A DNA stretch of 64,000 bases from Tubiluchus corallicola (taxonomy: Eukaryota > Animalia > Priapulida). The notes under the pieces were generated by a model. It had not been told where the DNA came from and made no database searches. It saw only the letters and a list, made by a program, of their open reading frames with translations. This document shows positions 14,201 through 28,300 of the stretch, piece by piece (within the stretch, counting starts at the first letter, position 1; each line of letters begins with the position of its first letter). The stretch lies in the NCBI GenBank assembly GCA_030141605.1, contig JAQGDQ010000005.1:248001-312000 (forward strand). The letters are read 5' to 3'. The translations under genes and the position numbers were made by a program.

Positions 14201-14947
14201 TACAGTCAGGTATATTGAACATAAAGTTGGGATGATATTCTGCGGGGGTGTATAAGATGTAGTAAAATATCAATAAACCAGCCGCTGAAATAATGTCACA
14301 CAACAATCCCAGAGGAGAAAATCGGCAAAAGCTCGAAAACAACGAAACGGAGTGGAGAATTGTGTGTTTTGTGCTGCAGAATTGCCTATTTTACCAAAGA
14401 GAGTAAAAAAGTAAAATTGCAAAGTAGCAGCTTAAAGGGGAACAGGGCTCAGTTTCTAATGTATAAAATATTGAAAGAGAACGCGTTTATTTTTTTTAAC
14501 GTTCACGCCCAGTACTGCATTTCGCCATTCGCTAGTTAGATAGACACAGCGGCAGAGCCTCTGAAATTGTAAAAAGCAGGCGCTGTACCTCTTAGTTTTT
14601 TCTAACGTAGCAACACATTTGTGGTGAAATCGCATGATCACGCAGCGTTAGAAGCTTTGAATTTAAATTTTTATGCATAATTTTGACTAGTTTTTATGGA
14701 TCACAGTTAATGCTATACGGTAGCATTGTAACTCAATTTTCGCTTTCGCAAACACGTTCAACACGTTTGTGGACTGTTTCTGCACTTAAAAACTAGGTTC
14801 AGTTCTGACGTCGTCACCACGAGCTCACTGGCTGTTAATTAAGTTTTTAAAGTATTATTTAATTATCAATTACACTTAGGCATTATTATAAGCGTTAAAA
14901 TAGAGCAGGTATGAAAAATCATCCTGTTGTCCTTTAACATTTCTACG

Positions 14948-15305
<358 letters not shown>

Positions 15306-17164
15306 CCTGAACCTTTTAGTTTTACCTGTTTATCTCTGTTTTGCAATTCAGATTTTAAATCTTTCAATATTAGAAAAGCTATTATTACACCCGCTTACGC
15401 AACGACAAACATTATACCATTTTGAGAATTTGTAAGTCGTTTAAATGCTAATTTAATTTTGCTAAAAGATAGAAACTGGCTACTGAGTCACTTATCGACC
15501 GCCTCACATTGCGAAAAAATGGTATTGTACTAATGATTTTTGTCAGCTAAAGATTTAACAGTAGGCTAAATCTGTGTTCACATTATAACCTTATCTCACA
15601 CCTCGATTTTACACAGAAAAAAATGCTGTCGTTCCCGTTGGCGTAATTGTTGCCCAAAATACAATTTCAGAACTGCAGTTTCAAAATACAGTTTGCGTTT
15701 TCAAGTTGATTTTCCATAACTTTGCACAGCTCAAACCATACACATGCATAAAATATCATCATTGGCGGATTAACGATTTGGCTAATAAGACTATAGCCTT
15801 GATAGGCTCTCGGAATCATGAGACAGATGACCAATAGACAGAGATAATGCTATTTATTAGACTAAACAGGATAACAAAATTATTTAAACTGAACATGCTA
15901 AAGACAAGTAGCTTATATTTGTTTCCCTTTTTTGTGCATTGCTAGTAAGCACTTGAACCTTCAAGCCTATATTGTACACAAAATATTTTATTTTTCAGTG
16001 TAGTCCCACGCGTTTGGATACATGATGCTTCGCCACAAAACGTTTGAACTCAGGTAGTCTTGGCCATACAGGCAACAAAGGGCACTGTCTGTTTTGAACA
16101 CATATATAATTTGGACACATAGGTCATTTGAACACATAAGCCATTTAGACACAAGAATTCAACACTTGTATATAGTAGGACATTTAGACATGTGTAGCGT
16201 AGTTCTCATCGTTCAACGTTTTAGAATCTTCATCAGCAGTAGCATCAATGACGAACACCAACTCGCCTTTTTGTTAAACTAGGTGAAAGGGCATAACAAA
16301 CAAAATCATTCCCATTCATCACGAGTAATGAGATGAAAAGGCTGTTGATAAGTTTGTGCAAAAACTGAAGAACAGCTCCATAACAATCAAAATTTTTATA
16401 GTTTCTTAGAAGTTTGAAGGCAATCTGACCTGTGCATGAGTCGCTTTGTTCAGCTCCTTTGTTTGTTGATAGCCTTAACCCTTAATCCATCCCTGTATAT
16501 CATACATACTTTAGTATTCTGACCCTACCAGAAGCCGTGCAAAGCGGGAACTATAATGCGAAAGGCGAAAAACAGGAGTACTCGGGGATAAAATGAAAAT
16601 GAAAATCAAATTTCCCTGTGTGACTATATTTACTCTGTATTAAGTTTTAGCGATTTAAGTTTATCAATTAGTCGATATCAAACTTTTGCTTTTAATCTCT
16701 GCTGTTATCACTTCATTTTGATGGATTTTTGTTTTTATGGCTTTATTAATGTTGTTGTTGTTTCTTACTCTGTGCTTCAGACAAATGTGCCTCCGCCTCA
16801 CTCTTAACGATACCGCCTAAAACAGGTAAGGCAAACTGAACAACCTTAGTGCATATTATTCTCTATGGGCTAAGGATTTGTGTATGTCAGTCGTTTCTAA
16901 GCAAGATTTGCAAAGCATTTTAAACATTTGTGCATGCTGCACTGTTCTTAATCAGTCTATACTCTAATTCGTTCTGAAAAGCAGTGTATATGTGGTACAC
17001 AATATGGATTAATGTTTTACACTAGCTAATGTCGAGCAAATACTCTAACTTACTCTAAAACGCGGTGTAAACAGGGTACGTAAAATGGATTAATGTCGCA
17101 CACTGGTTAATGTGGAACAATAAACTTCAGGCTCTACACTAAAAATACTAAAAGTAGTATAGTC

Positions 17165-17581
17165 GCTATTAATATTATAAAATCTTAATGTCAAACTGAT
17201 GTTAAAAACTTGCGATGAATTTCCCAAATTCGAAAGACAAAAATGTGAGGAAGCTGGAATGCGCATTTGGATTTGAACTAGGGACGCTCTGCTTACAATG
17301 CAGACGTCTTTGATAATTAGGCCATCGCATTCCTTCTTCAGTGGTCAAGGGCGAGGCAGTTCAAAGTTCGTCCCTTATAGCTGCATGGCCAATCAAATTC
17401 AGCATTTCCAATGTTAAATCGCGCTCTAAGGGATTAACTGCAGACTGCTTTGACCATCAGGGAATACGGTGGCTTACCTTAGTTACCTATAACGTCTGCA
17501 ATGAGCTGTATTTAAAATTTTCTACATTTCTTGTCTTTCAAATCTGTTAATAAAATTAAATTAATTGCGAGTTTGTAACAC
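17165..17581. mobile_element. tRNA-derived (SINE-like) repeat, copy 2: two arms in divergent inverted orientation
   Basis: The reverse complement of 17165-17404 aligns by eye with 8943-9180 (tggcctaatt..gtctgcattgtaagcaga..gttcaaatcc..cattttt gtctttc). Segment 17443-17581 on the plus strand is a second, more decayed copy (gactgctttgacca..cgtctgcaatg..tacatttcttgtctttcaaat). Confidence 0.65.
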
Positions 17582-20500
17582 TAGTATACACAGTGTTTTT
17601 ACTCTCCTTAATTAATAAAGAAAAAAGACAACGCCTATACTACTTTGTTAGTTTTAGTATAAAACACCAGAGTCGTTTGCTGTTACTCCAAAATGTGAAG
17701 CTATACTGTTCGACTAGCAGATGACTGGTTACTTTAAATTTTGTACACGTTTTATCCTTTAAGCCTGTATTTTAGGAGTGCATGCATTGATGTTTGTTAG
17801 ACAATTTTTTATAACTTATATACAACACTTTTAATGTTTTAAAATGAATTATAAAAAAATTTATTTAATGAAAAGCAGAAACTCGGCACAATGGTCGCCT
17901 AGTTTCGGAGCTTACACTCGATAAAAATTGGGTCGAGTGAGGATAGCGGTAGCAGCAGACATCGCGAAATTCGGCACAGGTATCTACCATTGTCCGACTA
18001 ATGTCACAAAATGTCAGTATACTCCAATTTTTATTTAACTAGTACTGTTAGGTCTTTGAATTTAAACCACATATTCAAGGTTACCAAACAGCGGACATCA
18101 CAAAAATTTATCCACCAGCTGGTGCTATAAGTTACCCGCAAGTTCGATTACTCAACTCTTTACAGCGAATAAAAAACCTCTTGAGTCATTAGTCTCTTGC
18201 TGGAAAACCTAAGTAAATTATGCAGATGAGTTATAGCAAACAAACTCAACAACACTACTGTACACATGTTTAGCACAGGCATCCATTATATTTTGGACAA
18301 AGCTTATAGTTGAATACTACTATTTGCTGCTAGTCTGGTGTAATAATTTGTTTTAGTGGGTCTACTAAAGTTATTATTAATTTATTCTTCAGTAATTTTA
18401 TAGCCGTCACATGTTTATACTGATGCCTGCTCTTCTAATTGATTCAAAATGAACAGGTAGTGATAATACATACGGTTTTCAGTTGACCACTGTAGCGCTT
18501 GCGGTGACATCCACTGAATCTGACCATTATCTTTTAGTCTTAGCATTCGCATTCTCTAAACGCTCAAAATTTGGTAGTATACGGTACACGTGTTGAGCTG
18601 AAGATCCTGCACTGACATTACTTTACATCATCCTACGCAGTATGCGTACTACGGTCGTCGCGTCAACTCTCTTGGTTTGCCTTCTTTAGAAGCCAGAATG
18701 ATCAATCGGGTTCCTTTTACAAGTTGTTCGCATCTAACCGAACAGTACTTATTCACTCAATGTCACTGAAAAACGTATGGATTTATCTAATGTTTTAATT
18801 AAATCACGTTTGCGTTGTTAATTACGTCAGTGTGTTTAATCTACTTAGTGAACAACAGCTAAAGAAATAATGACGCATAACCATGGCTTCAAAATCGATA
18901 GGTGCTTGTGCTTATGTAACAATTTCTGAGTAGGCCTATTTTACCTGTAACTCTCAGTAGGCTGGTATTGCACATAATTATAATTATGCATTACAAGCCT
19001 CCGTATGCGTATAATAATTTTGCATTAAAATCGAGAAAAACCAACCAAGTGCATATTTAGATCAATTGCCTCTACTTTTTATAAACTGATATCAAAACAT
19101 ACTTCTCGAATAAAGGTGCTGTAATGCTAAACTAAAACTGAACTAAAAATAAAATATTTATTAAGTAATGCATTTAAACTATAAGAACACACCACAAAAG
19201 ATGAATAATGTTAAATGTGTACATCAACACGCTATAGTTTTCTAATATATTAACTTAACAACGCTTGTGCTTTTGTGAACGTTATTAATTTACTTTTATT
19301 ATTTTTAAATATTGTTTTTAGGTCTACTATTTTTTCAGTCACACATTCATGAATATAGTGATATTGCAAGTAAACTTGATCTACTGTCAAATTACATCCC
19401 CAACACTTGCTATTTTTAAAAATTGTTTTACAGTTACAGTTCTTTCAGAGGTAGAATATAATCTAATTACTTGCGAGTGCTTACAATGTACACTTATGCG
19501 AACACCATGCATGCAGACGGCATATTAATCTTTAACGACTGCAAAATAATGGCCTAGAACAAAATTAATAAGCGGAAGAGTTTAATTTACTATCAACTGC
19601 GTTGCGTATATATGAATTAAACGAATAAAGATCCATTAAAACTCACACGCACACGTAACTCTTTAGCACAATAATTACTGTGAGCGAGACACAGGCTTCT
19701 AGAGTTACGAAACATTAAAAGTACCGTAACACAATGCAACATTAAACATGGAGCCTACGTCTTAAAAGTTTCGTTTCATCGTTTCCCGAGTCGCACACAC
19801 TTTAAGTAGGCCTACAGAATGTCTTTTCTTGTAAACGATCCTTTTACTACTATGCATCGCGTCATCCTGCAGCAGCCAAAATCATAACATCCAGTATTTT
19901 TGTTTTCATTAAATCAGACAAGCTCAACAAGAAATTTGGTCAAACATTGTAATGAGATACGCCTGGTGAGCCGCCTCCAAGAGGTTTGTTTTACTACAAT
20001 CCCACTGCAGAATGATACAGGCATCAATTCAGCGAGATATCAAGAAATGCCCAGGTGGTCCTGCTACTTGCTAAGCCAGTCACTTCAAATGCAAAAGTTT
20101 TGGGCTTCAGTCAGACCCGGACGTAATGCCAAATGCAGAATAATACCCGCGGCGAGTAGTAATGAGAGCAGCCACACCCAGACAATACACACAAACACAG
20201 CTGCAATCTTCAAACCAATTTAATTTTATTAGATGTCTATCCCAATTATATGACACAATTGATCTACTGACACGAAAAATCATTGCAGATTTTTAAAATC
20301 ATATTAAAGTAACAGGAAATACATGACATACTGAATTGTTGCAACATAAAATACAATTGCAAAATGCAGTTTAAATTCCAGCTCCAAATTCCATGATAAA
20401 ATTGTAATACCATAAAAATTAAAATAATACATAAAAACATGACGCAACTCCAAGATTTGAAACAATCAGCAATCGAATGCTTAATAATGACTGAGTTGGA

Positions 20501-22361
20501 CTGTGGATCCTTTGCAAACTATTTATCGAACTGTCAATTTGTTTGCCAACTATACGACCCGAATTACAGTTGAAATGTTACAGTTACAAGCAGTTGTAAA
20601 ATACCAGCTCAACAAACTCGACCAGTGAACTTGAGTGTGTACACTACTACTGACTATTATCAAACACTCTACATGTGTTTCGCATGTTTTGTTAAATAGA
20701 AACCTATTAGATTCTCAGCCGGAGGTATCATAAACCTACACAGATGGTCTCACGGTTCCAATGTTGCCAATAAGATTTTGCTGGTCCTTGTTTTTCAACA
20801 AAACTCACAGAGAAAATGAATGTGATACACTAAAGTTGAGCTAATTCTTTTGCCTGCCAAAACAGTTTGCCTGCAAGTAACGAACAAGTCAAATTATCTA
20901 GGTATTTGAGACCAGTTCGCATTGTGTATTATAGGGAAAATTATGTACTGTACATGCTTATAGGCTATTCATTAGCTACGTCATACGAATTTATTATAAT
21001 GTACGTTATAGACTGCCAGTCATTATTATTGTCATCATCGCCATCGTCATCACCATCCTCGTTTTACGTGAGGTTAAAGATTCTAAAACACGATTTGAAA
21101 GATTTCAACTTTTTGTAGCTCCAAATCTATACTTATCTTTTTAGGCAGTTCTTACGAGATGTCTGTCTAAAACCAACCAGCTTCCGTTCATTGCTTATGA
21201 GTTCGTTCAATTAATAGACAGCTGATTTTCATTTCATTTACGTGTTCTAGACTGATGCTGATAGTATTCACTTACGAAATTCTAAATTATTAGAGACCGA
21301 TCTTCCATTAAGTTCAAAATCAGCTAATGATGTTAGTGGCTACAAAAAAACGCTATTATTACCCTAATCCTGGATTTAAAAAACAATCCAATCTGAGTAC
21401 AACTATTGCTGTTGCGATTAATGCTATTCTTACAAATACGTCTGTTTTTTACACCAAATAACAATTCGTTCAAATAGTATGCAATTTTATTTCTTGTGTA
21501 CATCATGTCAGCAAGTTGTACGTAAAGCCGGCCATTTAGAAAAATGGATGTACAGAAAACACGATTTTTCTTTGTCTAAATCATCTTTTTTTACCACAGC
21601 TTTTGGAAACAGTTTCGGACTTAGTCAGTATATAAACCTAAAATTCTCCAGAACTGCAAAATTAACATTTTCTTTGTGCTATAAAAAATTAGCTTTTACT
21701 AGCTTTTGAGTACAGCTAAGCATAAGCCTTCAGACATAACTTGCACATCACGTTTTGTGACGCAAATCTTTCAAATTCTTACAGAATGCTAAAAACTTTT
21801 TTTAACAATTCTACCTATGATTAAGTACAAGAAATTTTCTATTATCACTGTTTTTATTCATAATACTCCGCTTCTCAACATCTTATTGAATTCACTATAC
21901 ACGAGATTAAAAATTTAATATATCACAAATTCAATGTATATTAAATAGTTATCAACAATTTCGGCTTGTGGTTTCTAACAATTTTCATAATAACTTTTCT
22001 TTTTTCCCAGAAATTATACACAGAAAGTTACAAATAGTACCTGAAGAGGACTCTAAGCACAGCCCAACAAATTCTTGAATCTCTCGTGGAACTTTTGATT
22101 TAAATCGGCATCATAATTAAAAAGCATCAAATCATTGTCTTGAAATAAGCACAAAGGTGCATTAAAATGGAAGAATATTAAACGTTCAGAAAATTCCTAA
22201 TTTACATAATAACAACTATGTACCCTGCATAATGGATGTCAAAACAATTTTATCACAAGTTTTTTAAAATTCAAAAATATACAATAATTTTTTTATAAAA
22301 AAATTATAATGTGAGTTTTAAGTCTTGCAATGGACTGGTGGATTTGGAAGTACTAAGTAAG

Positions 22362-25300
22362 CTACTGAGATATCACAACTTCCACACCACAGCTGTCCGA
22401 TTCTTCTTCTTCTTCATTGTGCAAATCATTACTAAGCATGCGGTATCGCTGGATGCGATTCAGTTGTCTCTTTTTGTAGGAGTTTATGCACACAAATGCA
22501 GATACAAGCACAATTATCAAAACAAAAGTGCCTACAACCATCACTGCAACTGAAAAAGACATCATAAAGTCAAAGAAATAGTTACTTGTCCTTGTTAATA
22601 CTTGCAAAAACCCAAAAGAAAATAACGTGTTTGTAAAACAGAAGCTCTCAAATATCTTAACTAATGGTAAACACAGCATGTTCAGCTGAAAGTAACTGAA
22701 GAAAATATATAATGTGACCCTTTTCTTCATAAAGGGATGTGAAAGGTTAATAATATGTCAAAAGGATGGGAATAGACAAAAATCAGTGTGCATAACTAAA
22801 CTTTGCATAATTTATATATGAATTAGGTGAATTCATACGTAAAACAGTAGTTTTCAAAGCAGAAATAAACAAAAACCAATAAAAGTTGAAAACAAGTGTG
22901 ATAACATTTAAATACTTAACGTCTATTAATAAGTTTGCAAAAATTTCATACCTGTCAAATAAGTATCTTTGTTATTTTCAGATGATGTTATTTCGATTTG
23001 ACATTCCGCTTTTATATTTTTAGGAATCAGTGCAATGTGGGTGTCAATAAAAGTGTCCAATGAACAAATTTCAGAACAACCAGGTAAAAAAGATGTTAAA
23101 TCATGTAAGTAAGAATCTGCTTCGTGAGAGTAATCTGTACTGTTTCTTAAAAATACCTAGTAAATATAAAACACATAAAAGATTGCATTAAGAAATAAGA
23201 CTAGAAGAAATACAGTTTGTGCAGTTAAACAATTTTTAAACATCAGCAAGCAAGAATTTCTCTTCATTAGGTGGTTACTATATCCTAAATAATTTAAAGT
23301 TTGTGAAATGCATTATAGTAATGTAAAAATAAGTAATAGAAAAAACACTAAAAATGCTAGTTTTTAAAACCACAGAATAATGTGGCAACAAAAACATTTC
23401 AAATTTAAAGTAGAGCTCAGATTATATAAATTCAACAAAAGATTTGTATATTCACACAAAAAAGTTAAACTCAAATTCCAGACATGTTAGAGCTGTAACT
23501 GCATAGACATATCAATGGTGACTCGCAGTTTGTTTTATAGCATTCAAGTGCTCTGTATTACACTTTCAAAAATAATTATTATAAAGCTAAACTATGTTGT
23601 GATTAAAAACCTTTGACAGTGATATATATTACTAAAGAAAATACCTTGACAAAAAACTGAGCAGAAGGTGCCTGATGAAGCTCCACCATTATACACTGTG
23701 TGTAAGTAGGTATAGGGTCAAAGAAAACTTCATTACGCAATATTCTGAGGAATGGAGTGATATTTGAATCATGCTGTAGAAAACAAAAAATCCCAATGTT
23801 GACTTAAGTTTTTATTTGTTGTTCACTATAATTTATAAATATAGCGTTAAAGAAAGTTACAGCAACAGACCGAGACCAGTAAACAATGCTATGTGTACAA
23901 GTAGGTGTAAACTGCACTTTCATAAAACCACAAAACCAAATTCTGCAACATGACAAAATTAAACATTCATTTTGTTAATATAACAAGTTCACTAACAAGT
24001 AATAATTTTATATAGTATAATGGTAATAACATCGCTAAACATTAATTTTGAACAGTTTGAACAGTAAATTTGTTAGCCCTACTTACTGTTTTGAGTTTCA
24101 CTGAAACATTTAATTTTTTTCAGTAAAATAAATAATGTAGAGGAAAGTCCAAAGTCTGGAGATTAATCAAAATTGTGGAATGCAACCAAAATTGAAATTT
24201 GACACCACCAAATTTATTTAAGTGGTGCATCCATTGTGCTGCATTTGTGACATGTGTCGTGCCCTTCCTCTGCCAACAGGAACTCCAAAATAGATTAGCA
24301 TTCAAAGTTTAGAGCTAACTTGTTGAAAAACCAATTTATTTCATCCACAATTCTTTAGCTTGTAAAGAAATTGTTACACAGCAAAACAGCGATGTGGGTG
24401 AGATAATACCAGATGATTAGATAAATCTTTCCAAATGATATCAGTGAACTAACAATTTGTTCAGATGGAAAACTTTTGCAAATAACTATCTCTTTCAAAT
24501 CCAGATACAGGAGAGACGAAAGTACAGTGTAACTAGTGCAATTACTGAAGTGCAATTCCCAACAAATTTCGGCGGTGACTTTACAAGAAATCTCAGACTC
24601 GAGTCAAAAGCTTCAAGAAAGTTCAAATTAGAAAAGAGAATGTTAACTTCAATGCAATTAATGAAACCCATTTGACAAAGTGTGATTTTATGTTCACATC
24701 TGCCTATTTAAAACAATGCCAGTATCTAATTTAAATCCCAGTAACACAGTCTTGAATAAATCAGGAATGCATAGGTGCATAAGTGTGAAATCTTAATCAG
24801 ATACTGCAAAGGTTTACCTGGGTTGATTTAACGAATTAGCTATTTGATAAATAGACAAGTTATTAATTATTAACTGAATAAGCTATCACAGACATGAATG
24901 ATATAATGTTGATCACTAACATGAGCCATATGAAATGAAGTTATGAATTTGAAATGGCAAACCCTACAATAAATAATTCATGGGCATAATCATACAGCAT
25001 CCTATCACTTGCTGCAATAAACTAGTGAATTTAGTCAATGGTTAAAAAGATAGGTTATCACGTGAGTTGCAGTCAGAGTTTGACACTTGTTAATGTAAAT
25101 TTTATACTGGTGACATGTCAAACACAATTTTTTTAAAAATTATTTACTTATTGTTCCTTATTTAACAGACTAACTGCCCTCTTCACAATCCTCTTGCTAA
25201 TGTAGATTGAGCACTTAGAAGGAATGTTGAGAGAGTAACAAATTGTGAAGCCACCTCACATCTAATCCTCTTCTAAGAGTGCATCACGTCTAAAAGTACA

Positions 25301-28300
25301 TCTGTGCTAGTTTCCCTAGTAGTTGCAAACCTGGTATGGTGCTAATGTAAAGCTTCACTTACTACGATTCTGAATTTCTTTACCAGGCGTGCCACAAAGA
25401 GCAGACCTACCCAAAAATTAAACTTGCACTAGTTTACTTGTTGATCACTGACTTGACCAAGTTCCTCCACTGTGCCATTTGGCCGGAACTGTTTCCAAAG
25501 ATTTCAAGAACCACTAACATGCCAGCTATGCCACCAAGGACAGGTTGCGATTGTTCATGTGGCTAAGTGGGTTTTCACCTCATACAGTTTCAAGCCTATG
25601 TGATCAACTGGAATCATTTATGAAAATTCAGTGACAACTACTAACCTTAACACCAATGCAAGGATGTGTCATACTGAAAGACAAACTTGCACTACAACCT
25701 GCAGTTCAGACAGATTCATTATTCAACTTCTCAGAGCTACCTCTGTCATAAGAACTGATGACAAATTTGAGCTAGTTCTTATGTTCTTATGGGCTTTGTT
25801 AGTTAGCTACGGATCTGTTATATGACTAAAATTCAAGCATTAGTGACTTGTCGTTATACTTAGTTCTGCATTAGTGACTTGTCGTTATACTTAGTTCTGC
25901 ATTAGTGACTTGTCGTTATACTTAGTTCTGCTTCAGGATTTCGCCAACCAGGTAAAGTTTCAAATCTACGAAACCATTCTGTTGAAATATGTTACGAAGA
26001 TTCCAAACCTCTTCATCCAGGCCCCAGTTACAAGGCTACATCACACCGAAAGTCATGCTTACAACTTCTACATACATGTTGAATGGCAGGAATTATTTAA
26101 GAACTGTGTATACTGCAACTAAAAGACGCATTTTGATTTTGACAGTGACTCTTTAACAAATACATCGCTAGATAAAATGCTGTTATGCTAGGTAAAATAA
26201 AAATAAATAGCATCATTAAAAACTCACGGCAGAATACATGAACATTTTTCGAAGTGGTTTTAATGTTCCATCTCTAAAGCTTTTCATATGACTGATCATC
26301 TCACCTAGCAAAAGCCCTGAAAATATACAAATCAGAAACTTAAGTACAAGAAGTTAGGTACAAAAAACTAACCAAAAACAATTGTAACAGATTCCATTGG
26401 ACTTAAACTAGTATAGTATCATTTTGGTTTTTTGGTTTAAAAATGGTATTATAGTGATAGTGTGGAAGACTGTCATTTGAGTATCTATGTGGAGTATTTC
26501 TAGTGCCAGCAATCCAAGGTTACCTACTGGCCTGTCTACCTGTGCACAGCATAATAACCTAGTGTACTAAATGCAGATTACTATCAACTTAACTATTTTC
26601 AAATAATGGTTTGTTGTGAACCTGAAATTCTGTCAGCAACAGTTTAATTCTATTAGAGAAAAGGTATGTGCTAAAACGTTGCGGTAATGTTTATTTTGCG
26701 TTTATTTTGTGTTTATTTTGCGAAGTGCCTTTTTATCATTCAGCTAATAATTTTTAATTCCCGCAGTTGAAGATGATGTTGCAACCAAGAGGTGCAAGAA
26801 AATCAAGAGTGAAACACTCTAAGTTCAGTGAATGTATCCAAAATTTACTTGAACAGATGAAACAAGTGCTAGAAAATTTGTTTTATTTGCATAACTTTGA
26901 GCAGCTAAGAAGCATGACCACGTATGACTATTAAATAGGACATCAAGTTAACCTAACAAAATACAGATGATTAAAACTTTCTATAATTATTCTTGTGTAA
27001 GAAAGCCTTGTGTTTAGAGTAAACAACTTTAACCAATTTCTACATAACCTATGTTTGCCCCACCTTAAGAATTACTATAACAAAAATTGTAAATATTTAC
27101 CGCTTTTTAATCGCACCAACTCTGGCAGAGACCACTTAAAATTGTAGAACACTTCATTGGCTACTCGCATTTTTTTATACAACTCATCATTCATGTATGC
27201 CCTCTGATCAAAGTTGTGCTGTTTCTGAAACAAGTCAAAATAAAAAACTATCAATTAAAAAAGCTCATAACAACAACAATTACTGCAATCGCTATCTCAG
27301 TGGCACATAATACAGGTGCCGGCTGAACATTTTTATAGTAACTCAGTAATAAAGTATTAATTTCCACATACCACATAGAATATATTCCAACACGTGTACA
27401 GTTCTAGACCTGCTGCTCCATTAAATGGACCGAGCTTAGTTCTTGCATATGCATACACTCAGAATTTCACATTTCCTACACCTGATACCTTACATAGTGT
27501 GAATAACAAACGTAAAAAGCTACGTGGTAACACATTCAGTTACAAAAGCTGGAGTATTTTCACTGACTCACCATATCAGTAACTAATGCAAACCATGTTT
27601 CACTTTAACAACCAATCTGGACCAATCAAGAGCAGATCTTGAGACCAACTATTAGATATGTGTTGTTTAACACAGTGTCTATGAATAAACAATGGCAAAA
27701 AGAAACTAGAACAGCTTGCCACATAATAAAAACTTACATAATGTTGGTTACATTATATTGAAAGCATGTGGATATATAATGTTTGATTATACTGACTGCA
27801 GACTTTAATATAATCTTAATCATAACCAAAGCCATTATACAGTAATGCTAAAGAAAAAGTTGGCATAAACTGGCCCAATCAAAATATATGTTGTTCGTCT
27901 TTGCTGGACATTTGATAGATAATCTTAATACCAAATCAACTTTTGGTAACAAAGTTAATCAACTTTATCAGTGAGATTCTATTTGGCCTATAATGTACAA
28001 ATTCAAAAACAGTAGTGCTGTCTACAGTCTGTAAAAAAATAAAGTAAAGCACTCTAGCAATTGTTTAGAAAAAGGAAAGTTATTCATCTTCAAATCACAA
28101 TTTAAAAACACATCAATCACATACAAAATCAAAATCAGAATAGAATCAAATCAAATTTATTATAAATAAAGTGCAATTCACATCAATAATTATACATCTT
28201 AGTGATCTTATGATACATATAGGTATTAAACATACGTATGTATGTATACTAATCATGTATAAAAAAGAAACTTAGAAGAAAATAAATACACTTTTGATTA

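Noticed and set aside
19900-20223. 107-aa plus-strand ORF as a standalone gene
   Set aside because: Non-ATG start and no recognisable domain. The region is treated under the exon hypotheses instead.
25837-25931. CRISPR-like 31-bp repeats
   Set aside because: Units are contiguous with no spacers, there are no cas genes, and the context is a eukaryotic intron.
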